NCBI GenBank assembly: GCA_965116875.1
Contig: OZ220733.1
Location: forward strand, 384,001-448,000
From: Candidatus Latescibacterota bacterium
GTDB taxonomy: Bacteria > Latescibacterota > UBA2968 > GCA-2709665
Length of the DNA: 64,000 nt
Reading direction: 5' to 3'
This document shows positions 1-9,493 of the stretch, piece by piece. Position numbers and translations under genes: made by a program. The notes below the pieces were generated by a model that did not search any database, was not told the DNA's origin, and saw only the letters and a program-made list of their open reading frames with translations. The stretch's first letter is position 1; each line of letters starts with the position of its first letter.

Positions 1-696
1 GCGCTCTTCCATCGACTGGACGCCCTCGCGGCAACAGATACTCCCCTTGCAAGCAACACGTCCGGGCTGCCCATTTCCAGACTCGCGGAAAGAGCCCGGC
101 ACGCCGACCGCATTGCCGGCTCTCACTTTGTTCAGCCTGCTCACATCGTACCCGTAGCCGAAATCGTCCGCGGCCAACAGACCTCGAACGAGACGATGGA
201 CCGTATCACCAGAATCTGGCAGAGGCTGGGCTATTTTCCACTTCGCGTGAACAAGGACGTACCCGGGTTCCTCGTCAACCGTCTTCAGCATGCCCTCATC
301 CGCGAGGCCGTCGACCTTCTGGCGTCAGGCGTCGCCTCGGCGGAGGACATCGATGCCGCTTTCCGTCTGGGGCTCGCGCCCAGATTCACCACCGCGGGAC
401 CGCTGGAACAACGCGACATCAACGGCCTGTCCATGCACGTCCGCGTTGCCTCTCACCTGTGGAAGACCCTGGGCGGGTGGGAGACGCCGTTCGATTATCT
501 TCAGAAGCTGGTCGCCACGGGCGCAACCGGCCTGGAGTCGGGAAATGGTTATTACAACTGGGCGGGCAGCGACCCGCATGCGGTCCGTACTGCAAAGGAC
601 GAGTTACTCCTGCGCCGGACCGCCGAGGTGATGGCGGACTGGGAAGAGGAGCGGGAGAAGCGGCGTAAAGGGCCGAAGACAAGGCCAACGCTGTAG
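1..696 (+). CDS. 3-hydroxyacyl-CoA dehydrogenase family protein (5' end outside window)
   Basis: Frame is open from base 1 (ALFHRLD...LASNTSGLPI...GSHFVQP) and continues into KDVPGFLVNRLQ and GPLEQRDING, which are 3HCDH motifs. Confidence 0.9.
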   Translation, partial: ALFHRLDALAATDTPLASNTSGLPISRLAERARHADRIAGSHFVQPAHIVPVAEIVRGQQTSNETMDRITRIWQRLGYFPLRVNKDVPGFLVNRLQHALIREAVDLLASGVASAEDIDAAFRLGLAPRFTTAGPLEQRDINGLSMHVRVASHLWKTLGGWETPFDYLQKLVATGATGLESGNGYYNWAGSDPHAVRTAKDELLLRRTAEVMADWEEEREKRRKGPKTRPTL

Positions 697-731
697 ACCA
701 ACGATCGTTACTCGTTGTTTCAGGAGGCGCG

Positions 732-1607
732 ATGGGGGACCACAAAAACGAAATGCCGGCTGAGGAACGATACTTCTTCGACCTGAGCGGATACCTGGTT
801 GTACGCAACGCGCTCACGTCCCACGAGGTCGCCGAATGCAATGCCTCCATCAATCACTACGCCGAACGCGTCTCCACCCGTTCCATCGAAACAGGCGGCC
901 TCGCTGGCGGGTCATCCGCCCTCAAAGGCGCGCAGGGGCGAAAGGAACTCACGGGAATGCTGGGTTGGCCCGCGCCTTACAGGGAGCCGTTCCGCCGGCT
1001 GATCGTCCATCCCGTTGTGGTCTCACGCCTGAATGAAATGTCCGGAAAGGGCTTCCGGCTGGACCATGGCCCCCTGTTGATTGGCGCGGAACCCGGGGCC
1101 GAGGGGCACCAGTTGCACGGCGCGGGCGAACCGTTCGGTCCTTCCGTATGGTACCACCAGCAGAACGGAAGGATGTACTGCCGGGGCGTCACGGTTGCCT
1201 GGCAACTGGCGGACGTCAACGAAGGTGACGGCGGCTTCTGCATCGTACCCGGAAGCCACAAGACCCGGGAACCCACTCCCGCGGGCGTGCGATCCGTTGA
1301 AGATCACATGGACCTTGTCGTGCAACCTGTGATGAATGCGGGCGACGTACTGTTTTTCGCAGAATCCGCCACGCACGGAACCCTGCCGTGGGAGGGCGGA
1401 CACGAACGCCGTTCCGTACTCTACAAATATGCCTCACGAGCCGCCGCCCGTGCAACGGGACGTCATTTCAGGCCCGAAGCCCGCTGGGGAGACTGGGTCC
1501 GGGACCTCAGCCCGGAACAAAGAGCCGTTCTCTACGGGCCGGGCGTCCATACCGGCAATGACTTTCCACGGCTGGAATCGGACGGCGAAAAGACCTGGGT
1601 CGCCTGA
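732..1607 (+). CDS. PhyH-like Fe(II)/2-oxoglutarate oxygenase with non-canonical H-G-A iron motif
   Basis: RBS AGGAGG; YFFDLSGYLVV; DGGFCIVPGSHK; AGDVLFF...THGT; RRS. Confidence 0.88.
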   Translation: MGDHKNEMPAEERYFFDLSGYLVVRNALTSHEVAECNASINHYAERVSTRSIETGGLAGGSSALKGAQGRKELTGMLGWPAPYREPFRRLIVHPVVVSRLNEMSGKGFRLDHGPLLIGAEPGAEGHQLHGAGEPFGPSVWYHQQNGRMYCRGVTVAWQLADVNEGDGGFCIVPGSHKTREPTPAGVRSVEDHMDLVVQPVMNAGDVLFFAESATHGTLPWEGGHERRSVLYKYASRAAARATGRHFRPEARWGDWVRDLSPEQRAVLYGPGVHTGNDFPRLESDGEKTWVA

Positions 1608-1648
1608 ACGAGCACGTTCAACGCCACGGATCGCCGTTGGAGAACGCG

Positions 1649-2512
1649 ATGGATGCGAGAGAACGCTACTTCTGGGATCTGACTGGTTATATCGTTGTAA
1701 AGAACGTACTGAATTCCAATCAGGTCGCCGCTGCGAACGAAGCGATCGACCTGCACCGGGACCGGATACGCATAGCCGACGACAATCTGGGAGCGCGCGA
1801 CTCTCAGGCCCTGCGGGGCACCGGGCGCCCAACCATGCACGACCTGCTGCAGTTGGAACGCCCGTACTGCGAACCGTTCCGGCGGATGCTGGTCCACCCT
1901 GCCGTCGTTCTTCGCCTGAACGTGATGTGCGGTACAGGTTTTCGACTGGACCACGGCCCGTTGCTGATATCCGGCGTCAAGGGCACCGAAGGCCTGACCA
2001 TGCACGGCGCCGGCGAACCGCACAGACCGCACGCGGCCTACAACCATCAGAACGGTCAATCCTACTGCGGGGGTGTCACTGTAAGCTGGCAACTCGCCGA
2101 CGTGAACCCCGGTGACGGCGGATTCGTCTGCGTCCCCGGCAGCCACAAAACGGGATTTTCCATGCCTTCGGGGGTCCGTACCTGCGACGACGATATGGGT
2201 ACCGTCGTACAGCCGGCCATGCGCGCCGGCGACGTCCTCTTTTTCATGGACGGCGCGCAGACCCATGGCACACGCCCCTGGCGGAGTGAACGTCCCCGCC
2301 GATCGGTGTTGTACAAATATGCTTCCAGGTCCTCCGTACGGGGCGGCCCGGCCAAAGAACTCGCGCCCCCTGAAATCTACTGGGGCGAGGAGGTCGTGTC
2401 GGATATGACCGACGAGCAGCGCGCGGTCATGTTCGGGCCTTACTCCAACCACGGCGGCGATGTTCCGTATCTTGCCGTGGACGAAAACGGAGACGTCCGC
2501 GTCGAACGCTGA
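1649..2512 (+). CDS. PhyH-like Fe(II)/2OG oxygenase with H-G-A motif; tandem paralog of the preceding gene
   Basis: GGAG RBS before ATG 1649; YFWDLTGYIVV, FRLDHGP, VPGSHK, GDVLFF, THGT, RRSVLYKY. Confidence 0.88.
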   Translation: MDARERYFWDLTGYIVVKNVLNSNQVAAANEAIDLHRDRIRIADDNLGARDSQALRGTGRPTMHDLLQLERPYCEPFRRMLVHPAVVLRLNVMCGTGFRLDHGPLLISGVKGTEGLTMHGAGEPHRPHAAYNHQNGQSYCGGVTVSWQLADVNPGDGGFVCVPGSHKTGFSMPSGVRTCDDDMGTVVQPAMRAGDVLFFMDGAQTHGTRPWRSERPRRSVLYKYASRSSVRGGPAKELAPPEIYWGEEVVSDMTDEQRAVMFGPYSNHGGDVPYLAVDENGDVRVER

Positions 2513-2521
2513 AAACGTCCA

Positions 2522-3511
2522 ATGGAAGATGCAGCCGAAACCATTACAGGGCTGATTCAGAATGCCTATGCTTCGTTTGCACTTCTCGCGGGCATGCAGC
2601 TTGACGTCTTCACGCCCCTGTCCGACGGCCCGCTGGAGGCACGGCAGGTTGCAGAGAAGATCGGGGTATCGACCGACCTTCTCTCCCCGCTGCTTTTCGC
2701 GTTGACGGCAGCGGGCCTGCTGCGTGTTGAAGACAATCGATTTGTCAACGGCGGCGAGGCACAGCGCTATCTGGTTGCGTCCAGTCCCGACTACGTTGGC
2801 AACCTCCACCACCTGCTCTCCGACCTGTGGTCGGCAACCCTCAGGACCGCGAATTCGATTCGGCTCGGGCTGCCCCAGGCTGAACACAGCTTTGCCGACA
2901 TGCCATCCGGCCGGTTGCATGCCTTCCTTCGAGGACTTCACGGCGAGGCTCTCGCGACCGGACGGGACCTGGCTGCTCGTTTCGGATTCTCGACGCGCAG
3001 GCGCCTTCTGGATGTTGGAGGGGGATCGGGCGGCCTGGCCGTCGGCGTTGTCGAAGCGTGTCCCGATCTCTGCGCAACCGTTGTGGATCTGCCGGCAGTG
3101 ATCCCGGTAACGAGACGCTTCATCCGCGAGGCGGAGGCAAGCCAACGGATCCACACCCTTGCAATTGACGTCACACGAGAACCCGTGCCCGGCGAGTTCG
3201 ACGTCGCCGTGGTCAAGGCCTTTATCCAGACCCTGTCTCCATGCGAGGCAGGCCGGGCGCTGTCGCATATAGGCGCTGCTCTGAGCCCAGGGAGCGCAAT
3301 CTACATCCTGGGCAACGGCATCCTGGACGACTGCCGCTGCTCACCTCGGGAGGCCGCACTTTTCAACATCGTCTTCGTCAATATCTACCGCGGGGGGCGG
3401 GCCTACACAGAAAGCGAATACCGAGACTGGCTGCTTCAAGCGGGATTTGCGGACGTCCTCCGCGTCAGGCAATCGAACGGATCGAGCATAATCACCGCAC
3501 GGAAAACGTGA
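2522..3511 (+). CDS. SAM-dependent O-methyltransferase (Methyltransf_2 type with N-terminal dimerisation domain)
   Basis: LLDVGGGSG motif I; ATVVDLP; C-terminal G..YTESEYRDWL..AGF. Confidence 0.9.
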   Translation: MEDAAETITGLIQNAYASFALLAGMQLDVFTPLSDGPLEARQVAEKIGVSTDLLSPLLFALTAAGLLRVEDNRFVNGGEAQRYLVASSPDYVGNLHHLLSDLWSATLRTANSIRLGLPQAEHSFADMPSGRLHAFLRGLHGEALATGRDLAARFGFSTRRRLLDVGGGSGGLAVGVVEACPDLCATVVDLPAVIPVTRRFIREAEASQRIHTLAIDVTREPVPGEFDVAVVKAFIQTLSPCEAGRALSHIGAALSPGSAIYILGNGILDDCRCSPREAALFNIVFVNIYRGGRAYTESEYRDWLLQAGFADVLRVRQSNGSSIITARKT

Positions 3512-3571
3512 TTCATTCGACGCTGGCGAAACAGCCGAAGACTGGCTTCCCGTCAGTCCACAGGGAACTTC

Positions 3572-4408
3572 ATGGAAACGGACCTTGAAACGTATCTGTT
3601 CGACCTTCGCGGTTATCTGCATCTCGAGAATGCGCTCTCCGGCGAGGAAGTTGGCGAACTCAACGCCTGCCTGGATGAGATTCCCCCACTTACGCCGGGG
3701 GAGTGGTACGGTTACGTTCAAGCCCATACCTATGGCGACGACACCTCGGGACTGAACCTTCAGCAGATCTACGAAGCCGGGGAGCCCTTCGAGAACCTGA
3801 TTGACCATCCTTCCTGGTTCGAAAAGGTGAAGCGCTTTGTGGGAGGCGAGGGCAGTTTCGACTACCACCACGGTCCTCTGTTCATCGACGAGAATTTCGC
3901 CAACTTTCGCGAGCCTGGCGAAGCCATCGGGCTGCATTCCGGCGGATTTCCACCCATTCTGCGGAATCAGTTCCGCTACCATGGCGGGCGTTTTATGTGC
4001 GGCCAGATCAACATCCTTATGGCGCTGACCGACGTCGGACCTGGCGACGGCGGCACCATGTTGATTCCGGGAAGCCATAAGGCCAACTTCAAACACCCGC
4101 ATTTCGACAGGCACCGGATGTCCAGAAATGCCACCGTCGAAGGCATCGAGGGCGCCGTCGAAATTCGTATGGCTGCCGGAGATGCGCTTCTGTTTGTGGA
4201 CGGCATCTCACACGGATCCGCCCGGCGGTCCAACCCGGGCATCCGGCGCGTGGTCGTCTACCGCTACGGACCTTCATGGGGGAACTTCCGCCACGGCTAT
4301 CAGCCGTCACCGGAACTCCTGCAAAGACTCACGCCACAGCGGCGCCGCATCGTACAGCCGCAGCAACTCCTGCCTCGAGAACCGCAGGGAAAAACCGACT
4401 CCACGTGA
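3572..4408 (+). CDS. PhyH-like Fe(II)/2OG oxygenase with H-S-G motif
   Basis: YLFDLRGYLHL; DGGTMLIPGSHK; AGDALLF...SHGS; RRVVVYRY. Confidence 0.88.
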   Translation: METDLETYLFDLRGYLHLENALSGEEVGELNACLDEIPPLTPGEWYGYVQAHTYGDDTSGLNLQQIYEAGEPFENLIDHPSWFEKVKRFVGGEGSFDYHHGPLFIDENFANFREPGEAIGLHSGGFPPILRNQFRYHGGRFMCGQINILMALTDVGPGDGGTMLIPGSHKANFKHPHFDRHRMSRNATVEGIEGAVEIRMAAGDALLFVDGISHGSARRSNPGIRRVVVYRYGPSWGNFRHGYQPSPELLQRLTPQRRRIVQPQQLLPREPQGKTDST

Positions 4409-4467
4409 CAGGCGAATAGTACTGCCGCGACTTCATAAGTCCCATTCAAGAAACGAAGGAGGCTGCG

Positions 4468-5199
4468 ATGGCTGACTCACAGGAAATGCTGGAAGAACTG
4501 AAAGATTTCGACACCCCCTCGATCACGAACGTCGTGGCCACGTATCCCGGCAATCCGCTCTGCCTGAGCCTTTACAATCCATGGACGGAAAACTGGTACA
4601 CGGACCAGTCCATACGTTGTATGTATCCCGAACTGGGCCGCACGGTGGGGTACGCGGTAACGTGCGTCTTCGGACTGCCAGACCCGGACTACAGCTCTCT
4701 GTCGTTTCTGGACGTGATCGACGCGCTGGATGCTTCGCCAAAACCGACCGTCCTCGTCTTTCAGCAAAAATTCCCGCCCGAACTCGCGGCAAAGGTTGGC
4801 CTGGCCGGCGGAAACATGACCTCAGCGATGAAGGCCGTCGGGTGCGTGGGCGCGATCTCCAACGGTCCCTCCAGGGACATCGACGAGATCCGCCCCATGA
4901 AATTTCAATATATGCTCAGCGGTGTCACCGCCGGCCACGGCGGCATGGCCGTTCACGCCGTGAACGTGCCGGTCTCCGTAGGGGGGATGGACGTCGCACC
5001 GGGCGAAATCATCCACATGGACGAGAACGGCGCGTGCAAGTTCCCGGCCGACAAGCTGGAGGCGGTTCTCAACAACGTGCGTGCGCTGCAGAAGGAAGAG
5101 GAGGAGCGGATGGGCGCCCTGCTGAGCGCCTCTTCGGCCGATGAAGTCCGGGCAATCATGGGCGGCCATGCCTACGCCGAAGAGGAAGAAGAAGGGTGA
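4468..5199 (+). CDS. RraA / HMG-aldolase family protein
   Basis: RBS AAGGAGG; FDTPSITN, VGYAVT, GPSRDIDEI, V.VGGMDVAPGEIIHMDENG. Confidence 0.85.
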   Translation: MADSQEMLEELKDFDTPSITNVVATYPGNPLCLSLYNPWTENWYTDQSIRCMYPELGRTVGYAVTCVFGLPDPDYSSLSFLDVIDALDASPKPTVLVFQQKFPPELAAKVGLAGGNMTSAMKAVGCVGAISNGPSRDIDEIRPMKFQYMLSGVTAGHGGMAVHAVNVPVSVGGMDVAPGEIIHMDENGACKFPADKLEAVLNNVRALQKEEEERMGALLSASSADEVRAIMGGHAYAEEEEEG

Positions 5200-5334
5200 C
5201 ACGCCAACCTGCGGCAGTCCGGGACAGGAGGCGCCCCGAGAATCTCCATAAACCGGGCGACGTGCGTGTCACGCGCGGCCGATGGACCTGAGATTCGCCC
5301 GTAAGAATCTGCCAGACAGACGGCAGGACGGTAG

Positions 5335-8300
5335 CTAGACGACGATTCTGACGCGATCGCCGACGGCCGTGGAATACACTTCGAATGACTCGCCGATAAC
5401 CTTCGAAAAATCAAACGTTTCCTTTACGACAAAGGTCGTCCGCCCTCGCATTTTGCGAATGGTGAACACGCCGTCCCCAATCCGGAGCCGGCACCCCGGA
5501 TACGCCCCTTCCTTCGGGTGATCGACGTCACTCCCGAACCTGGATCGCTTTCCCGATTTCACCACGCCCCTGCCCCTGACGAACCTGGGCATATCGGCAA
5601 GAAATACGCGGCTGCCGCCACCCTCGCGCCGGACTCGTTCAACCAGATATACGGTTTCCAGACCCGACGGATGCCGGACGTAGACCACCTTGCCGTCCAG
5701 GGATCCATCCTCCGGCAGCGCGACGTCCAGCACGAGTTCACTGCGTCCCGGTTCGCCCGAAATGTCTCCCGTCACGCCGGTGACCGTCCCTTCGTAGTCG
5801 CGAATCCGATGAACCGAAGCGTCGCCCACCCGGAACGACGCCCCGTCGATCACGTCGACCTCGACGTTTGCGGAGGACTCGCTCAACACGCCGGACCGAC
5901 CCTTCAGTTCGAGCCGCCGACCATCCGGCAGGGTCGCGGCCAATCCCGCTCCCGCGGAATCTATCGCAATGATTCGTACCCGGTCCCGTTCCCGCACCCG
6001 CAGCACCACGCCAGACCGGTCGCGTGCAACCAGCTCTGCATCCCGCACGAATCCTTCACCGGTATGCGCTTCGATGACCGACACGAACAGGCTGGATTCG
6101 CGCCTGCGACGCAAACAGACCGTACGGAGCCAGAAATCGTCGAGCTTGCCGTCATCCTCCTGCGTCCGGCGGATGGACGGCGCGTCGCTGACCAGCAATC
6201 GACCTGCCTGGACGCCGACGAACCTGACATCAACGAACGTACCCTCACCTTCAAACCGCACCTTGAAGTTTCCGGAAACGTCCGTCCCCCGCGTGCGATG
6301 AAAGTACCCATACAGCGCGCCGCGGGTCCCGTCTCCGCTCAATACCATCTCCCCTTCAGCCGGGCTCAGGTCGGGCGCCGCGGATATCACCTGATCGAAA
6401 TCGGCCGATCCGTGCAACAGATAGTCATGTACGTCTCCGCCCTTCACCTCGAACAGGTCCACCACGTATCCGCTCTCCGGCCCCGTTGGGATTAACATCA
6501 ACGTTCGGCGGTAGACTTCCGTATCCTCGAACGCGCCCGGGGCCTCCGCACAGACCATGCCCACGCTCGCGTCTGAAGCGGGACGGTAGCACAGCAGCCG
6601 CCCGCCGTCTCGTGTCTGCTCCTGCCCGTCGACGACCACGGTATTGTGGCTCCCCACCGTCGTTGCCCACTCCCGGTAACGGGTATGGGTATATCCAATG
6701 TCCGACAGCAATTCCTGACCGAACACGTCCATGCCCATCGCGAGCGTATCGTAATGGTGGTGCCCGCCCCACGGACCGTAACACATCGTCGCCCGAATGG
6801 CTTCTGAGGTCCTCCCGACTCCCAGGATGGCATCTCCCGCCCCGGGCAGCAGGTAGTTTGAAGGCACCAGCGCCAACAGGTCCTTCTCTGTAACACGCCT
6901 GTCGGCCTCCGATGTCCTTCGAAACAGCGCGTATTCAACGTCGGCCACAGCAATCCGGGAGGCGCCCCTGATTTCATCCGCCGCCTCCACGAATTTGCCC
7001 ATGGATGCAATCCGACTGGAAACGCGGGCGAAACCCGTACTGATTCCCCACGTATCGTTGGCCATGAACGTCCGCCCATCCGGCATGAACAAACCCAGCG
7101 GCGCCGTATAGACGCGCTCCAGAAACGGCATCTCTCCATAAACGTCGATTCCGCCGGGCCCACTGATCACATCAGGCACACGAAGGGTTCCGCTCGTAAT
7201 CATATTGAAGTAGTTGAGCGTATCCTCGTGCCAGTACCCGTCGTAATTGTAACAGTTATCGATCAACGTCCGATACAGCCCGTACCCTCTCGCCACGAAG
7301 TCCGGCTCGTCAACAACACGTCCCACGAGCGCGAGCCCGTTGATCCTCCCGCCGTCGTAATTCGTGGAACCGTGGGGGATTTCAAGCGTGTGGCGAATCG
7401 CCTCGTACAGCAGGTCCCGTTCGATTGCCGCACGTACATCCCGGCCCTCGGCCTCGGAGAGTTTCTCGATTGCGCCGCTGTTCGAAATCAGGTCGTAAAC
7501 CTGGGCAAGCCTGAACGCGTTGTATGCGTCCGAAAACGGGCTGGCGTGGAAATTCCCCATGCGAGCGGACACGAATGGGAAGGGTGGATCCTTGTAGAAA
7601 TGGTTCTCGTAAAAACCCTTTCGGTCGGCATGAAGATAGGACCGACCCAGGCCGTGAACGGGGTAGTCCTTGTAGACTTCGGAGAGCCGATCCAGAATCA
7701 CTGCGGCCTTTTCCGCGTACGCCGGCTCTCCCGTGAAGACGTAAGCCATCGCCAGCGGACCCGCCATTCGGACCACGTGATACTGCGTGTAATTCAGCAG
7801 CATGTTGTCGAAGAAATACCGCATCCCTTCGTCATCTTCCCAATACCGGTATCGGACCGTCCCGCCTGCCGGGCCAACGACTTCAATCTCCCCCACGGGC
7901 TTATGCTCCGGTCCCGGGAACGCATTCCCACAGATCTTGCACCTGACCTGGTCCGGATTGTCCGGCGACCACTCCCAGAAATGAATCCGCCAGCTTCGCT
8001 TTCGCCGGTCCACGGGACAGCGGGGCAGCGGAAAGTTAACCTGCTCGGAGATACCCACACGTATGGCGTCATCCGGCATCTCCAGAATTCCCCGGCGGGC
8101 TATCCAGCGCAAACGCGCGTCCCTGAACTGCTTCGCCCAGCTGTACGACTCCACTCGCCGCCGGGCGCGCTCGATCTGGTCCGACGTATAGAACAGCGGG
8201 TGCGCCACGCCTCTCGGAAACGGCCGTTCACCCTCCCAGTACCGTGTTTCCCTCGAACAGTCGATTCGTTCGATACCCATATCGCGTCTCCAAATAGATG

Positions 8301-8382
8301 AATCGCATCCCGCTGCAAGAACCATCGTGCCCAATCCGGCGCCTCGCAGAAACTCTCGTCTGGTGAGATCCAACCTGGACAT
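5335..8382 (-). CDS. Heparinase II/III-like polysaccharide lyase; predicted Tat-exported lipoprotein
   Basis: TRREFL twin-arginine signal with LAAGC lipobox; DGYWHE..NY; GHHHYD; DIGY; SHNTVVVDG; YVVDLF. Confidence 0.82.
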   Translation of the reverse strand: MSRLDLTRREFLRGAGLGTMVLAAGCDSSIWRRDMGIERIDCSRETRYWEGERPFPRGVAHPLFYTSDQIERARRRVESYSWAKQFRDARLRWIARRGILEMPDDAIRVGISEQVNFPLPRCPVDRRKRSWRIHFWEWSPDNPDQVRCKICGNAFPGPEHKPVGEIEVVGPAGGTVRYRYWEDDEGMRYFFDNMLLNYTQYHVVRMAGPLAMAYVFTGEPAYAEKAAVILDRLSEVYKDYPVHGLGRSYLHADRKGFYENHFYKDPPFPFVSARMGNFHASPFSDAYNAFRLAQVYDLISNSGAIEKLSEAEGRDVRAAIERDLLYEAIRHTLEIPHGSTNYDGGRINGLALVGRVVDEPDFVARGYGLYRTLIDNCYNYDGYWHEDTLNYFNMITSGTLRVPDVISGPGGIDVYGEMPFLERVYTAPLGLFMPDGRTFMANDTWGISTGFARVSSRIASMGKFVEAADEIRGASRIAVADVEYALFRRTSEADRRVTEKDLLALVPSNYLLPGAGDAILGVGRTSEAIRATMCYGPWGGHHHYDTLAMGMDVFGQELLSDIGYTHTRYREWATTVGSHNTVVVDGQEQTRDGGRLLCYRPASDASVGMVCAEAPGAFEDTEVYRRTLMLIPTGPESGYVVDLFEVKGGDVHDYLLHGSADFDQVISAAPDLSPAEGEMVLSGDGTRGALYGYFHRTRGTDVSGNFKVRFEGEGTFVDVRFVGVQAGRLLVSDAPSIRRTQEDDGKLDDFWLRTVCLRRRRESSLFVSVIEAHTGEGFVRDAELVARDRSGVVLRVRERDRVRIIAIDSAGAGLAATLPDGRRLELKGRSGVLSESSANVEVDVIDGASFRVGDASVHRIRDYEGTVTGVTGDISGEPGRSELVLDVALPEDGSLDGKVVYVRHPSGLETVYLVERVRREGGGSRVFLADMPRFVRGRGVVKSGKRSRFGSDVDHPKEGAYPGCRLRIGDGVFTIRKMRGRTTFVVKETFDFSKVIGESFEVYSTAVGDRVRIVV

Positions 8383-8719
8383 AGCAGGTACTCCACGCAG
8401 CGGGCGGGAAGATTAAATCCCGCCCCAAGTCGCCAAACGCACACGTCCTCCCAACGACTTACGCCGACGATACACAGACCCGCGATCGGCCGCGGAAGGC
8501 GAAATATACGTCGCTCGCAAATTGAAGTCCAGAGACACCTCTGGCGCGATTCCGGGAATCCCGGACATTGAATCCGCACCGAACAAGAACTGATGTCGGA
8601 AGCCACACAGTGGAAACCGCACCCGCCTCAAGTCGATTTGCTGACGACGAATCGTCGCATTGTACTTTTCACGGGCACCACCCGATAGTTTACCTTTTTC
8701 CGCTACATTAACCCGGCAT

Positions 8720-8845
8720 CCTGAGCCGCTCCCTGAGCTTGCGGTCCCTGAGCCTGTCGAAGGGTCGAAGGGTCGGCGAAGGAAATAGGGTGCAGAAACG
8801 CGGGCGCTTCGACATTTCGACAAGCTCAATGCAGGCGTGCTCAGC
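8720..8845. repeat. Cluster of nested REP-like CCTGAGC..TCGAAGG / TTCGACA..GCTCA palindromic repeats
   Basis: CCTGAGC at 8720, 8732, 8747; CGAAGG at 8758, 8766, 8777; inverted halves TTCGACA at 8808, 8816 and GCTCA at 8824, 8839. Confidence 0.75.
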
Positions 8846-8958
8846 GTCCCCTTCCGGGCAAGCACCTTTCCACCGTAGCTGGCGCAATAGATGTCAGCCA
8901 TTTATTGCTTCAAGCAACAACTGCGATTGAAAAAAACGAAAAAATCATCATCACCCGC

Positions 8959-9005
8959 TTGACAATTCCTAATTAATTCGTCATATTACTAATAGATTAG
9001 TAATA
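8959..9005 (+). promoter_or_regulatory. Sigma70-type promoter of the blaI operon overlapped by putative BlaI operators
   Basis: TTGACA (8959-8964), 17 nt spacer, CATATT; perfect inverted repeat TATTACTAAT-AG-ATTAGTAATA (8984-9005); degenerate copy at 8966-8983. Confidence 0.8.
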
Positions 9006-9094
9006 AACATCGTGCCGGTCGATAGCCGACTACGCAAATGAACCCATCGTCGCGCTTGTCGACCGGGAATCCGGCAAAGGCAAAGGAGACTCTT

Positions 9095-9493
9095 ATGGCC
9101 AAAAAACGCAGACTGGCCGAGGTCGAGTGGGAACTCATGGACAGTGTCTGGCAGCTCGAACGCCAGGTCACCGTTCGCGACGTTGTGAATCACCTCTACC
9201 CAAACGGTGAAAAGGCATATACGACCGTGCAGACGATCATGAACATTCTGGCGGAAAAAGGCGTGCTGGATCGGGAAAAGATCGGCCCGGTCAACGTGTA
9301 CACCCCTGCGGTGTCCCGGGAAGACGTTGCACGGTCTGAGACGCGAACCCTGGTTTCGCGGATGTTCGACGGCTCCTTTGGCGCGCTTGCGACATATCTC
9401 GTGGATTCGGGCGAGCTTTCGAAGAAGGAACTGGATGAATTGCGCGCATTGATCGAGGAACGGGAGAATGCGAAGGAAGGAGGCTCAACGTGA
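9095..9493 (+). CDS. BlaI/MecI/CopY family transcriptional repressor
   Basis: AAGGAG RBS; LAEVEWELMDSVW, AYTTVQTIMNILAEKG, MFDGS...LATYLV. Confidence 0.93.
   Translation: MAKKRRLAEVEWELMDSVWQLERQVTVRDVVNHLYPNGEKAYTTVQTIMNILAEKGVLDREKIGPVNVYTPAVSREDVARSETRTLVSRMFDGSFGALATYLVDSGELSKKELDELRALIEERENAKEGGST

Noticed and set aside
1532-3268. 578-aa minus-strand ORF
   Set aside because: Antisense shadow of the PhyH and methyltransferase genes; no motifs; expected in high-GC DNA
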